This document shows, piece after piece, positions 9,901-17,263 of a stretch of DNA of 32,000 bases (position 1 is the stretch's first letter; every line of letters begins with the position of its first letter). Origin of the DNA: Candidatus Nitrosopumilus koreensis AR1. Its GTDB lineage: Archaea; Thermoproteota; Nitrososphaeria; Nitrososphaerales; Nitrosopumilaceae. The DNA lies in assembly GCF_000299365.1 (NCBI RefSeq), contig NC_018655.1:900001-932000 (forward strand). Direction: 5' to 3'. Below the pieces are notes generated by a model. It was not told the DNA's origin, ran no database searches, and saw nothing but the letters and a program-made list of their open reading frames with translations. The position numbers and the translations under genes were made by a program.

Positions 9901-11292
9901 ATTATATGCATAATCAACATCGTTTCCAAATGTAAATTTGAGGTTGTGTTCACCCTTGGTCATTACAAGATTATTCAGAATACCCTGAGAGTCGCTAGAA
10001 TAATCTCGAAATATCAAAGAATTGCCAGATATTTCAGGGGTGAATGAATCAACACCTGCAGTTAGAGAAGTGAAACTTAGATCATCAGGAAGAGAGTTAC
10101 CAAATGTGGTTCCATTAAAACCTGTAACGGTCAAATCAGCAGTTCCCAAAGTGTCAAAGCGAACTGTCCAATAACCACCAACTGTAGGGTATGACTGAAC
10201 ATTAATTACGTTAATGTTTGCAACGATTGAAAATTGTTGTTCAGAAAGTTGTGGTACTGTCCAACACATCTGATCATTAATGCCATTTTCATCAGAATCC
10301 TCATAACTCAAATTAAACCTTGGATCATCAGTTACATCAACTTTTTCACCATCAATATTCCAGAACAATTGGAATTCTACACCCATCTCAACATATTCTT
10401 CAGGTAGATCAGAACAGGTCCTAACATCAGAATAGTGTAATCCAGAATCATGAGACACCTTCACATCTTTAGTGAATTCAGAATCAGAAACAGTTGTTTC
10501 TTCTTGAGTTTCTGCAACAGGGGTTTCAAAAATTATAGAATAGTCAGATGAAGAGTTCATAATTACAAGATGGTTAAAGTTGTGGCCTTCTTGAATTAAT
10601 TCGGGATTTTCAATAATAACCAAAGAATAAACACCATCAGGAGTCACAACAAATGTTGCATCACCATCAACTAAGATTTCAGATTGACCTTCAATAGGAG
10701 AGTAAATGTGAATTCCTGTAACATTGTATGTTAACACATCATCTTCAGTTACAAGAAGATGTGAATCAATTTGAGACGAGTCAAACAAAACGTTTTGTGA
10801 ATCGTTTATGGATATGTTTTTGATTTGTGCATCATCAGGTAATGATATTGCGACGCTCTCTTGAAGAGAGTCATATGATACGTTGAAATTCCAGACAACG
10901 TTTTCGCCAACTTCTATAGGTTCATGAGCGATTGTTGTTTCATATTCAGAGTATTCAGGGACTTCAGTTGCAGTAGCAGTAGAGTTTGTTATCTCTTCTG
11001 CAAATGTTTCTGGAGCAATAGAGAAATTTGCAAACCCTGTAAAAGTAGAACTAAGTAAAACCATGCAAAGAAATGCAGTTAAAACTTTTGAATTAATTTC
11101 TAATTGTATTTTGGTTTTAAGTTTGAGAATTACAAATAAAGACAAAATAAAGACAGATAATAAGAAGAACACAGGGTCAGTTTCAGAAAAAATATTTGCC
11201 AAATCACCATTAATTGAAATTCCAAACAAAGTAAGCACTACACCAAATACTAATAATGCCGCTACATGCGCCCCTAGACCCAATATTATCAT
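3991..11292 (-). CDS. Giant (2433 aa) acidic, Ser/Thr/Asp-rich cell-surface protein, with N-terminal hydrophobic anchor/signal region, eight tandem ~125-150-aa repeats and a C-terminal twin WVKxxAxWW module
   Basis: Single uninterrupted ORF. Three hydrophobic segments lie in residues 1-90. A repeat array spans residues ~920-1993. A DLNGDGDFGDE calcium-site-like loop lies at ~residue 2094. The C-terminal motifs are IPPWVKTYVQFWVKGEMSDDEFIDGIEYLI and IPKWVKDYARWWSTDKITDDDFIKAMTHLF. An ATAAATA element ~25 nt upstream of the ATG at 11292 fits a leaderless start. Confidence 0.85.
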   Translation of the reverse strand: MIILGLGAHVAALLVFGVVLTLFGISINGDLANIFSETDPVFFLLSVFILSLFVILKLKTKIQLEINSKVLTAFLCMVLLSSTFTGFANFSIAPETFAEEITNSTATATEVPEYSEYETTIAHEPIEVGENVVWNFNVSYDSLQESVAISLPDDAQIKNISINDSQNVLFDSSQIDSHLLVTEDDVLTYNVTGIHIYSPIEGQSEILVDGDATFVVTPDGVYSLVIIENPELIQEGHNFNHLVIMNSSSDYSIIFETPVAETQEETTVSDSEFTKDVKVSHDSGLHYSDVRTCSDLPEEYVEMGVEFQLFWNIDGEKVDVTDDPRFNLSYEDSDENGINDQMCWTVPQLSEQQFSIVANINVINVQSYPTVGGYWTVRFDTLGTADLTVTGFNGTTFGNSLPDDLSFTSLTAGVDSFTPEISGNSLIFRDYSSDSQGILNNLVMTKGEHNLKFTFGNDVDYAYNDASENEALDVPGLIDDRGVEITKCTTRTTIADFESDFNAPSSDNPHTLIASIQFTKGSSSKLTEAHVYLVDASNPNSHVDLASNQFPIFLNKANSHNNYDLFASVTSGSANAHYLVRACFDSAGNDATYAQAKLTGFENVSEVKFVDGAALTVAKDADDAVIASATTDFTVGNNLDNVVLASVQLYNDGTELLDLPAGSLRLVKDTAGTITDLDSNLLKFNFGRGANPDAQGNKKSAQNEGAKALHVLLMGEDKSAASASTYKVLLDNVAIDDSNGGPTDDDELGSSVQAEAKILVLQPSKVDYKKNSNAWSATSDKSGENKIGDAFSFESFGTGTGLVILAHANFDDTDSGSEKLDNLMLYEGTDIGTSSDTRIITQTSVPDDGDANTIDSFPLQSQGGASAGSNFAQTLLWKIHFLEEPAPEFQLAVDRANNAGGLIAHTKIMAFTTINEGREPGPEIVSFVGADPVTSDSGYSKDDTLTIKFNEPTNRPKAGDKKEIDNLLSFSDSIGKDYIGSWRSDTTLVITILDTTGNGVKFTPLGGSTNTDATTVTIKSSGKLRDQSQSSLISTDTSPRLVADFVNAAGPLITSITANDPDGGTDTGFSSGDTITVRFSEDTNRAGYTLTQTLNEDQVSGLFFFAQNSKEIAFKSATSGEDMYGKWINDKEFKITITNTGSANPLVGAMTMSMQTGSGLKNAAGTSAESTSISPPLSGTWGISLGPKIILLEASDPDGSTQSGDYGDGDVITAVFSENTNMKPVGKINTVLDKDDVDSLFTYNNDDGVDVTTATLGTNANAYSAVWTDAKTLVITIDNSTGGNPKLEQFTLTIKSSAGLKNKDETSLSSSSKSVLLSGTFGQPTGPELGIIEAADAKDTPVSGFNAGDTITVNFLEATNRPNAAKTADINSMFTFSQSIGDDYVGAWVNDKVFVITIRDAGSANPTIGTLTVTAKGDCTGCIPILNKDSTSKASTSTSLALIGNFGVKEGPLITSLIADDPDGVKSGESLGYNEGDTITVRFSEPTNLAGFKLDDSLDKDDVDSIFRMSQEIGDDYSGDWVTDRKFVVTIKDDSVDSPPEIGTLRFIVKESANLKDDGKTSSASDSVSPTLTGTFGEKEGPVIISLVAADPLHLTTSGYGNKDTITVQFSETTNRADFSDAELPKSDVDSIFKFSHSLGDDYTGKWITPSKFEITIKDSSNSAPPAVGTFSLSVKLSAGLQDESESSLISTATSPLLSGTFGAAPSPSIFSVQVADPDAGVQVGNYGNGDEFTILFDIATNGTNNDGGNVTKSYLDSLFDYQNYDGSVSSASLGNDYVGTWVTPFELKITILDSTGGDPTIGEFRLNVKDSQIKLTNAQETSEPLSGVSPLLSGSFTKKAGPSIISVIADDPDNSDDSYSVGDTITVEFSDPTNTPLYDETAAAKDSRLDGLGADTEPTFAEQLEIIDNEERTLTKSEVDSLFQFTQELGDDYRGFWDDGSTFVITILDDDVDVPPEVGSLQVIARESGNIVSDDSLASTSISPPLEGSFGTFQNILSMSEGGKGYTKLPAGMSASIQLPEDNSGTMTFTRVGADGETLPGKGVVSAVIGVSVDIEPSDGANCANGCPVSFEFTTADATAMGLSPNEVVILHDLNGDGDFGDEYFDANNNIRWNETITPTITFLGDDRWRAEGTTNSNSKFALGTVNFVSVGDSYSSINTVNDSTFISLGNSDNGLGGTLRTIDLSDNIEPLVFKTDETLVFRVGVYERQGINHIQHAGLYFNSVGGDLRTKDYDTSIVFDKYSEEIIKTTDPNGLLKHSEFKLLEKEDPTLLILQFAMTFDKSMDTSDLYFELWNEDRNPTYKTFNEILTIKPLDKPVSIEKPEEYIVVTSDDGEFGGMLPVDDSIPPWVKTYVQFWVKGEMSDDEFIDGIEYLITDELAALPANYVDSQRPDEIPKWVKDYARWWSTDKITDDDFIKAMTHLFRIGVINN
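3994..4251 (-). other. Two copies of the WVKxxAxWW...(D/E)(D/E)F..(G/A)(I/M)..L module at the C-terminus of the giant protein
   Basis: Residues ~2348-2380 and ~2397-2433. The same module occurs twice at the N-terminus of the mature 297-aa secreted protein (22150..22413). Confidence 0.7.
5314..8535 (-). repeat. Eight tandem protein-level repeats inside the giant gene (diverged at DNA level)
   Basis: Unit consensus read from the translation: GP.I.S..A.DPDG.....Y..GDTITV.FSE.TN........L.K.DVDS.F.FSQ.IGDDY.G.W.....F.ITI.D.....P.IG.L...V..S..L.......S....SP.L.G.FG. Unit starts are at about residues 920, 1049, 1186, 1326, 1451, 1581, 1707 and 1842. Confidence 0.8.
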
Positions 11293-11388
11293 AATATATT
11301 ACCCAACGTGGTATTTATCCTCTCCACATTGTCTCATGAAAAAATTACAGTTTTCGAGCACAGATCAATTAATTCCCAAAAATGGGAA

Positions 11389-12312
11389 TTATGAAATAAT
11401 TATACCGTTGCCTAAAATTCGAATTGTCGTAGATTCAGGTTTTAAAATTACAACTTGTTGTTTTTGTTTACATACAATTGGTTTTTCAAATGTTAATTGT
11501 AATGGAGACAGAGACGTAAACTTTGCAGCTTTGATTTGTAACCCAATACAAACAAGACACCCTTGGTTTTCAGTTATTTCATTTTTGTAAAAAGGATTTT
11601 TTTGAAAATCAATCTCTATTTTGTTTTTTACCTCAACTGTATCCTCTTCGGAAATGACATCACCACGTCCAACCTCATCAGGTTTTACACCTTTGACTGC
11701 GAGTCCAACTCTAGCAGGATAAACTGATTCTTCAACAGGATCATCATGCATTTGAATTGATTTTATCAACACATCAGTTCCTAAAGGATATAGTTTTAGA
11801 TTATCGTACTGTTTAATTTTTCCACTTGTCACTTTACCTAAAATTACGGTTCCAACTCCCTTTACATCAAAGCAATGGTCTATAACCATTTCAGAGGGGC
11901 CTTCATTTGAAATAGGTTCTAGTTTATCCATTTCTTCTTTAATTTTATCTTGATCAACTCTTCGATATTTTTCAACTACGGTTCCTTTAATCATGGCATT
12001 TAGTTTAAACTCATCTACATCAAATGTGTGGGATAGAATTCCTTTTTCTTTTTTTAAAGAGTCAAGTGCAATGATTTGTTCTCCAGTAAATTTGTCTAAC
12101 ACGTCAACATGAAATATTACATATTCTGCTAGATTAATTGCTTGAAATAACGGTTGTATTTTGTCTGGAAATCCATTTGGAATAACCCATGTTTTAATTA
12201 TATCAGATTCTTTTCGGTCATAAAGTGTAAGATCAGTTTCAGTTCCCTTTTTGCCAAACTCAGATGCAATGTCTTGTTTTCCCAAGACGACAAAGTTAAT
12301 GGATTTTACCAT
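11389..12312 (-). CDS. EF-Tu/SelB-like translation-factor paralog with a degenerate G domain (EF-Tu domain-2 beta-barrel protein)
   Basis: 307 aa. The central segment VIDHCFDVKGVGTVILGKVTSGKIKQYDNLKLYP...ARVGLAVKGVKPDEVGRGDVI is a typical EF-Tu domain II. The N-terminal region has no recognisable GxxxxGK(S/T), DxxG or NKxD motifs. Confidence 0.65.
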   Translation of the reverse strand: MVKSINFVVLGKQDIASEFGKKGTETDLTLYDRKESDIIKTWVIPNGFPDKIQPLFQAINLAEYVIFHVDVLDKFTGEQIIALDSLKKEKGILSHTFDVDEFKLNAMIKGTVVEKYRRVDQDKIKEEMDKLEPISNEGPSEMVIDHCFDVKGVGTVILGKVTSGKIKQYDNLKLYPLGTDVLIKSIQMHDDPVEESVYPARVGLAVKGVKPDEVGRGDVISEEDTVEVKNKIEIDFQKNPFYKNEITENQGCLVCIGLQIKAAKFTSLSPLQLTFEKPIVCKQKQQVVILKPESTTIRILGNGIIIS

Positions 12313-12357
12313 ACTAAAATTTCAAAACTAGATACTAAAAACCATACGAAAAGAAAA

Positions 12358-13110
12358 TCATGGAAAGGTATTCAGTGTTGCAACATAACTTGCAAACCTA
12401 TGGTTTTTTGGTTTGACTAATTTCTGATGATACTTACTTACAGGTTTTCCAATTGCCCCATCCAATCCAAGTGGCCCTAAAACATGTTTTTCTTTATTTG
12501 CCCACATCAAAACTTCATCAGTTGGCGCATAGTAATTTATGATTTTTTTATTAACAATATTTTGAAGTAGTTTACCATATTTCTTTGAAGATGGTACATC
12601 ATCTTTAATTGAAGCTCCAAAAAAATATACACTTTCTACAACACCAAAATTTTGTTTCTTTTTTGCAAGATATTCAACAGTACTCAGAATAACTTGAGAG
12701 CCTAATGAATGTCCCATTAGTCTAATCTTTGTTTTTGGACTTGATTCTTTAAAGTCTTCAATAAACTGTCCTAGGTTATGCCCGTTCTTTTTTGCAATAT
12801 TTTGCCCTACAGAAAGTGCATGTTTTGCATATTTGATTAAATGTGCACCTGTAGTGTTAGAATCATAGCTAAACCCAATAACAGGAAAAAAATAACCTAG
12901 TCGACGCAATCTGTTGCGTGCTAGAAGAACTTTTGCAACAGCACCAGTACTGTCATTTCTCAAGCCATGAATCATTATAGTAAATTCTTTTAAGCCAATT
13001 AATTTTTGAAAATCTTTTTTTGGGTAAAGATAATAGTCGTTTTTCTTTAATGTTTTTCCAGTTTTAAGATCATAGTATCCCCTAGTTGAAATTCTTGGAA
13101 TAGGTTTCAT
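12358..13110 (-). CDS. Alpha/beta-fold hydrolase of unknown specificity (DUF900-like esterase/lipase fold)
   Basis: 250 aa with a nucleophile elbow GHSLGS (GxSxG) after a beta-strand (IRLMGHSLGSQV). Its ATG at 13110 lies 1 nt after the metG stop codon (13112-13114). Confidence 0.6.
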   Translation of the reverse strand: MKPIPRISTRGYYDLKTGKTLKKNDYYLYPKKDFQKLIGLKEFTIMIHGLRNDSTGAVAKVLLARNRLRRLGYFFPVIGFSYDSNTTGAHLIKYAKHALSVGQNIAKKNGHNLGQFIEDFKESSPKTKIRLMGHSLGSQVILSTVEYLAKKKQNFGVVESVYFFGASIKDDVPSSKKYGKLLQNIVNKKIINYYAPTDEVLMWANKEKHVLGPLGLDGAIGKPVSKYHQKLVKPKNHRFASYVATLNTFP

Positions 13111-13111
13111 A

Positions 13112-14767
13112 TTATACTGAAGGTCCTAATTGTTTTTTGTATTTTTCAATATCAGACTCTTCAACTCTTGCAAACAATGGAGATGAATCGCCAAGGACAT
13201 GATTTGAAGAAACGCCTAAAACAGACATATCATTCCAACTTTGTGCATTCACTTTACCATCCAATGCAAGCTGAGTCCAGATGTTTTGAGCAGAATCAGG
13301 AATAAACGAAAATGTGGCTATTGCCAAGCTCCTAACAGCATTGACTGAGAGATAGACACAATTTGCAGTGCCCGGACCTTTTTTCCAAGGCTCTTTGTGT
13401 TGAAAATATTGGTTAAAGTATGACGAGAACTCCATAATTTTCTTTAGTGCCCTATCAAGATGATTTTGCTCCATTAATGCACCAACTTCTGATGCAAGAT
13501 TCTTGATTTTTTGTTCTGCTTCAGAATCTTTCTCATCAAAGTTTTCAGGTTCAGGGATTTTTCCATCAAATGCCTTTTTTGTAAATCCTAATGCACGATT
13601 TACAAAGTTTCCAAGATTTCCAATTAGTTCAGAGTTGATTCGTGTTGTAAAGTCATCCCAATCAAAATTCAAGTCATCTTGAGAATAAGGATTAATCGAT
13701 ACAAGATAAAATCGAAGATAATCAGCAGGGTAATATTCTAAAAATTGTTTTAATCCAATATACCAATTTCTACTCTTTGAGATTTTTTTTGCTTGCAGTG
13801 TAAGATGCCCCCTAGTTGGAATATAGTCAGGGAGTTTGTATTCACTATCAATTCCCAATCTCATTGCAGGTAAGAAAAGATAATGATGGTACACAATGTC
13901 TTTTCCAATAAAATGATAAATGTCAGCAGAATTCCAAAACTCTTTTCCATCAATGCCTTTATCATTTAGAAATTTTAGTGCAGTTGAGATATATGCCAAA
14001 TGATTATCAAACCAACCATAAAACACCTTATCCTTTGCATCATCAAGTGGGACAGGAACCCCCCAAGTAATATCTCGAGTAATATCCCAATCAATCAATC
14101 CAGATTTTATCCAGTTTTGAACATATTTTTTGACATCTTTTTGAAGATGTTCATTTTCATCTAACCACTTAGAAAGAGAATCTCCAAAATTTTTGAGTTT
14201 GAAAAAATAGTGCGTTGTTTTTTCTTTTGTGGGAGGTTGATTACATAAAGAACATTTTGGGTTTGTAATTTCTTCAGGCACACGGCCACAACTCTCACAA
14301 AGATCAGAGTATTGGTCTTCAGCTTTACAGTAAGGACATATTCCTTTAACATATCTGTCAGGCAAGAATTTTTTATCATTGTTGCAATAGAACTGTATGA
14401 TCTCTTTCTCATAGATGTGTCCTGCAGCATTTAATTTTTTAAACACATCTTGAACAAATTTGATATTTTCAGGAGAGCTGGTCTTGTAGAAATAATCAAA
14501 CCCAATGTTAAATGCACTAAAGTCTTCAAAATCACGCTTATTCCAATGTTCAACATATTCTGCAGGAGTTTTTCCTTCTTTTTCAGATTGAATTAGAATA
14601 GGAGTTCCAAAATCATCAGATGCACATACATAATACGCCTCAACCCCATTTTGTTTTAGAAATCTGGTTGTAACATCTGCAGGCAAATATGTAGATGCAA
14701 CATGCCCTAGGTGAATTTCCCCATTTGCATAAGGTAATGCACTAGTAATGATAGCTCTTTTGTTCAT
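13112..14767 (-). CDS. metG: Methionyl-tRNA synthetase
   Basis: 551 aa with a HIGH-type motif (GEIHLGHVAS), a KMSKS-type motif (KISKSR), and zinc knuckles CPYC...CESCG and CSLC in the connective peptide. Confidence 0.95.
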   Translation of the reverse strand: MNKRAIITSALPYANGEIHLGHVASTYLPADVTTRFLKQNGVEAYYVCASDDFGTPILIQSEKEGKTPAEYVEHWNKRDFEDFSAFNIGFDYFYKTSSPENIKFVQDVFKKLNAAGHIYEKEIIQFYCNNDKKFLPDRYVKGICPYCKAEDQYSDLCESCGRVPEEITNPKCSLCNQPPTKEKTTHYFFKLKNFGDSLSKWLDENEHLQKDVKKYVQNWIKSGLIDWDITRDITWGVPVPLDDAKDKVFYGWFDNHLAYISTALKFLNDKGIDGKEFWNSADIYHFIGKDIVYHHYLFLPAMRLGIDSEYKLPDYIPTRGHLTLQAKKISKSRNWYIGLKQFLEYYPADYLRFYLVSINPYSQDDLNFDWDDFTTRINSELIGNLGNFVNRALGFTKKAFDGKIPEPENFDEKDSEAEQKIKNLASEVGALMEQNHLDRALKKIMEFSSYFNQYFQHKEPWKKGPGTANCVYLSVNAVRSLAIATFSFIPDSAQNIWTQLALDGKVNAQSWNDMSVLGVSSNHVLGDSSPLFARVEESDIEKYKKQLGPSV

Positions 14768-14804
14768 CAGATATTCTCAAAAGCAGTGTTGGGGTTAAGA
14801 AGTT

Positions 14805-16046
14805 TTACCAGCTGTTTGCATATTTTACTTGTTCAGGTGTAAGTTTATCGATTTTTACATCCATGGCCTTTAGGGCATCAACTGCAACTTGAGTATCAAT
14901 CTCTTGGGGCACATTGATAATTTTTTTTTCCATTTTTTTGTGATTTTTGAGAATATACATCACAGATAAAATCTGGTTTGAGAATGATTGCGCCATTACT
15001 TCTGGAGGATGTCCTTCAGCTGCAACCAAGTTTGCAAGACGTCCCTGTCCAATCAAATAGACTTTCTTTCCATTTTTCAAAACACATTCATCAAGAGAAG
15101 GTCTGACTTCTTTGACAGACTTTGATTTCTTTAACAAAAATTCACTGTCAATTTCTACATCAAAGTGTCCAACATTTCCCATGATGGCACCATCTTTCAT
15201 TTTTAGAATGTGTTCTTTTCTAATTACGCTAGTCATTCCAGTACATGTGATAAAGATGTCGCCTAGTTTGGCAGCTTGTGCCATAGGCATTACTTCAAAT
15301 CCATCCATATGAGCCTCAAGAGCTTTGATAGGATCAATTTCAGTTACAATTACTTTGGAGCCCATTCCGTGACATCGAGATGCAACACCACGTCCAACCC
15401 AACCATAACCTACAACCACAACACGTTTTGATGCCATAAGCAAATTCATGGCACGAAGATATCCATCAATTGTGCTTTGTCCAGTACCATATCTATTATC
15501 AAACATGTGTTTTGTGTATGCTTCATTTACCAGAATAACAGGATAACGTAATTTTCCTTGATTTTCTACTGCACGAATTCTAGTAACACCTGCAGTAGTT
15601 TCTTCAGTGGCGCCTAGAATATTCATATTCTTAAATCGCTTGTCAAAGTGAGCTTTGATGTTCATATCAGCACCATCATCTGTGAGAATTGTGGGTTTGT
15701 GTTTTAAGACTTGGTCAATACACCAATCATAATCTTTGACAGATTGTCCATTCCATGCATACACATGAATTCCTTGTGATGCTAAAAATGCTGCAATATT
15801 GTCTTGAGTGGTAAGTGGATTTCCACCACAGCATGCAACGTTTGCACCAAGTTCTTTTGCACCAATTAACAATACTGAAGTTTCCTTTGTGATGTGAAGG
15901 CAAAATCCAAGTGTGATGCCTTTGAGTGGTTTTGATTTTTTAAATCTGTTAATAGTATTATCTAAAATTTGCATGTGAGATCTTGCCCATTCATAGGATA
16001 GTTTTCCTTCTTTGATCAGTTTTGGGCTAGACTTTACTTTGCTCAT
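14805..16046 (-). CDS. ahcY: S-adenosyl-L-homocysteine hydrolase
   Basis: 413 aa with an NAD-binding loop VVVVGYGWVGRGVA. Conserved AdoHcyase blocks are LTDDGAD, GATEETTAGV, FDNRYGTGQS and GHFDVEID. Confidence 0.95.
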   Translation of the reverse strand: MSKVKSSPKLIKEGKLSYEWARSHMQILDNTINRFKKSKPLKGITLGFCLHITKETSVLLIGAKELGANVACCGGNPLTTQDNIAAFLASQGIHVYAWNGQSVKDYDWCIDQVLKHKPTILTDDGADMNIKAHFDKRFKNMNILGATEETTAGVTRIRAVENQGKLRYPVILVNEAYTKHMFDNRYGTGQSTIDGYLRAMNLLMASKRVVVVGYGWVGRGVASRCHGMGSKVIVTEIDPIKALEAHMDGFEVMPMAQAAKLGDIFITCTGMTSVIRKEHILKMKDGAIMGNVGHFDVEIDSEFLLKKSKSVKEVRPSLDECVLKNGKKVYLIGQGRLANLVAAEGHPPEVMAQSFSNQILSVMYILKNHKKMEKKIINVPQEIDTQVAVDALKAMDVKIDKLTPEQVKYANSW

Positions 16047-16120
16047 AGAATAAACCTCTAATGACGATATAAAACCCTATCATGCGAATGTAAATAAATG
16101 ACAAAATTATCACTGAATCA

Positions 16121-16423
16121 TTGACTTGGAAGAAGATTGCAGAAAAGGGAGACATTGATTCAGGCAAGGGTAAAGCATTCAAAATTGACGGGAAACAGAT
16201 TGCAATTTTTAATCAAGATGGATATCATGCAATGGATGACCTATGTGTTCATCAAGACGGATCTATTGCACCAGGAAAACTTGATGGAGACATTGTAGAG
16301 TGCCCACTTCATTTCTGGCACTACAACATCAAAACAGGAGAATTGACAGACTATCTCAAAGATGTGAAATTAGAAACTTATCCTGTAGAAGCAAGAGATG
16401 ATGGCATCTACGTAGACATTTAG
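16121..16423 (+). CDS. Rieske [2Fe-2S] domain ferredoxin (NirD-like small Rieske protein)
   Basis: 100 aa with a TTG start. CVHQDGS ... CPLHFWHY forms the CxH-x17-CxxH Rieske cluster ligands. Confidence 0.85.
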   Translation: MTWKKIAEKGDIDSGKGKAFKIDGKQIAIFNQDGYHAMDDLCVHQDGSIAPGKLDGDIVECPLHFWHYNIKTGELTDYLKDVKLETYPVEARDDGIYVDI

Positions 16424-16469
16424 AAATTTTTAGGCACAATTTTTATTCTCAGTTTTTACAAACGAAATA

Positions 16470-17261
16470 TTGAATCAAGAAATTATCGATGAGATAAAAA
16501 ATCAAGATTATGCTTCCATTACCAGTACAATTGAGAATTTTCTAGAAGAACAAATAAAGAAAAACAATGCAGAGGGGCTTATACTGGGATTAAGTGGAGG
16601 AATAGATTCTGCAGTTTTGACATACATTTGCAAAAGAAACCTCAAAGACAAAACACTAGCATTAGTCATGCCAGATACATCAATCACACCAAAAACAGAG
16701 ACAGAGGATGCATTAAAGATGATTTCACTGACAGGAATACAGTACAAACTAATTGACATCAATCCAATAGTCAAAGAATATTCAATGTACTTGGAGCCAA
16801 ACGAAAGAGCAAAGGGAAATCTACGTGCAAGAATTAGAACAAATATTTTGTATTATTATGCAAATGTCAAAAACTACCTTGTATTAGGTTCAAGTGATAA
16901 AAGCGAGTATTTGATTGGATATTTTACAAAATTTGGTGATGGAGCATCAGACATTACACCAATCATATCATTATACAAACTGCAAGTCAGAGAGATTGCA
17001 AAATATCTAGGAGTCCCAGAAAACGTAATTGCAAAAAAGAGCAGCCCTCATTTATGGAAAGAGCATGGAGCTGAAAGTGAATTAGGAGTATCATACGAAG
17101 ATGTTGACTCTGTGCTTTATTGTTTATTTGACAAAAAATTGTCCATCAATGAAACTCAAAAACTCACCAATATTGAGAGTTCTACAATAGGAAAAATTCA
17201 GGAACTGCACAAAAACAGTGAACATAAAAGATTGCCTACTCCAAAACCATATGGCGAGTAG
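16470..17261 (+). CDS. nadE: NH3-dependent NAD+ synthetase
   Basis: 263 aa with a TTG start. It has a PP-loop SGGIDS and the conserved blocks GNLRARIR and GYFTKFGDG. Confidence 0.9.
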   Translation: MNQEIIDEIKNQDYASITSTIENFLEEQIKKNNAEGLILGLSGGIDSAVLTYICKRNLKDKTLALVMPDTSITPKTETEDALKMISLTGIQYKLIDINPIVKEYSMYLEPNERAKGNLRARIRTNILYYYANVKNYLVLGSSDKSEYLIGYFTKFGDGASDITPIISLYKLQVREIAKYLGVPENVIAKKSSPHLWKEHGAESELGVSYEDVDSVLYCLFDKKLSINETQKLTNIESSTIGKIQELHKNSEHKRLPTPKPYGE

Positions 17262-17263
17262 AG

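Noticed and set aside
11063-11590. 175-aa plus-strand ORF bridging the 5' end of the giant gene and the 3' end of the EF-Tu-like gene.
   Set aside because: It overlaps two better-supported minus-strand genes and the promoter spacer between them. No motifs were recognised.
16107-16117. TTATCACTGAA immediately before the Rieske gene TTG start, and the CACGAT variants TTATCACGATT (30150-30160) and TTTCCACGATC (27603-27613, minus strand, 4 nt from the TATA box of the PKD-repeat gene).
   Set aside because: The CTAG core is broken, and the spacing differs from the 17-19-nt rule except at the PKD gene. They are kept only as weak candidates for a relaxed PWM scan.
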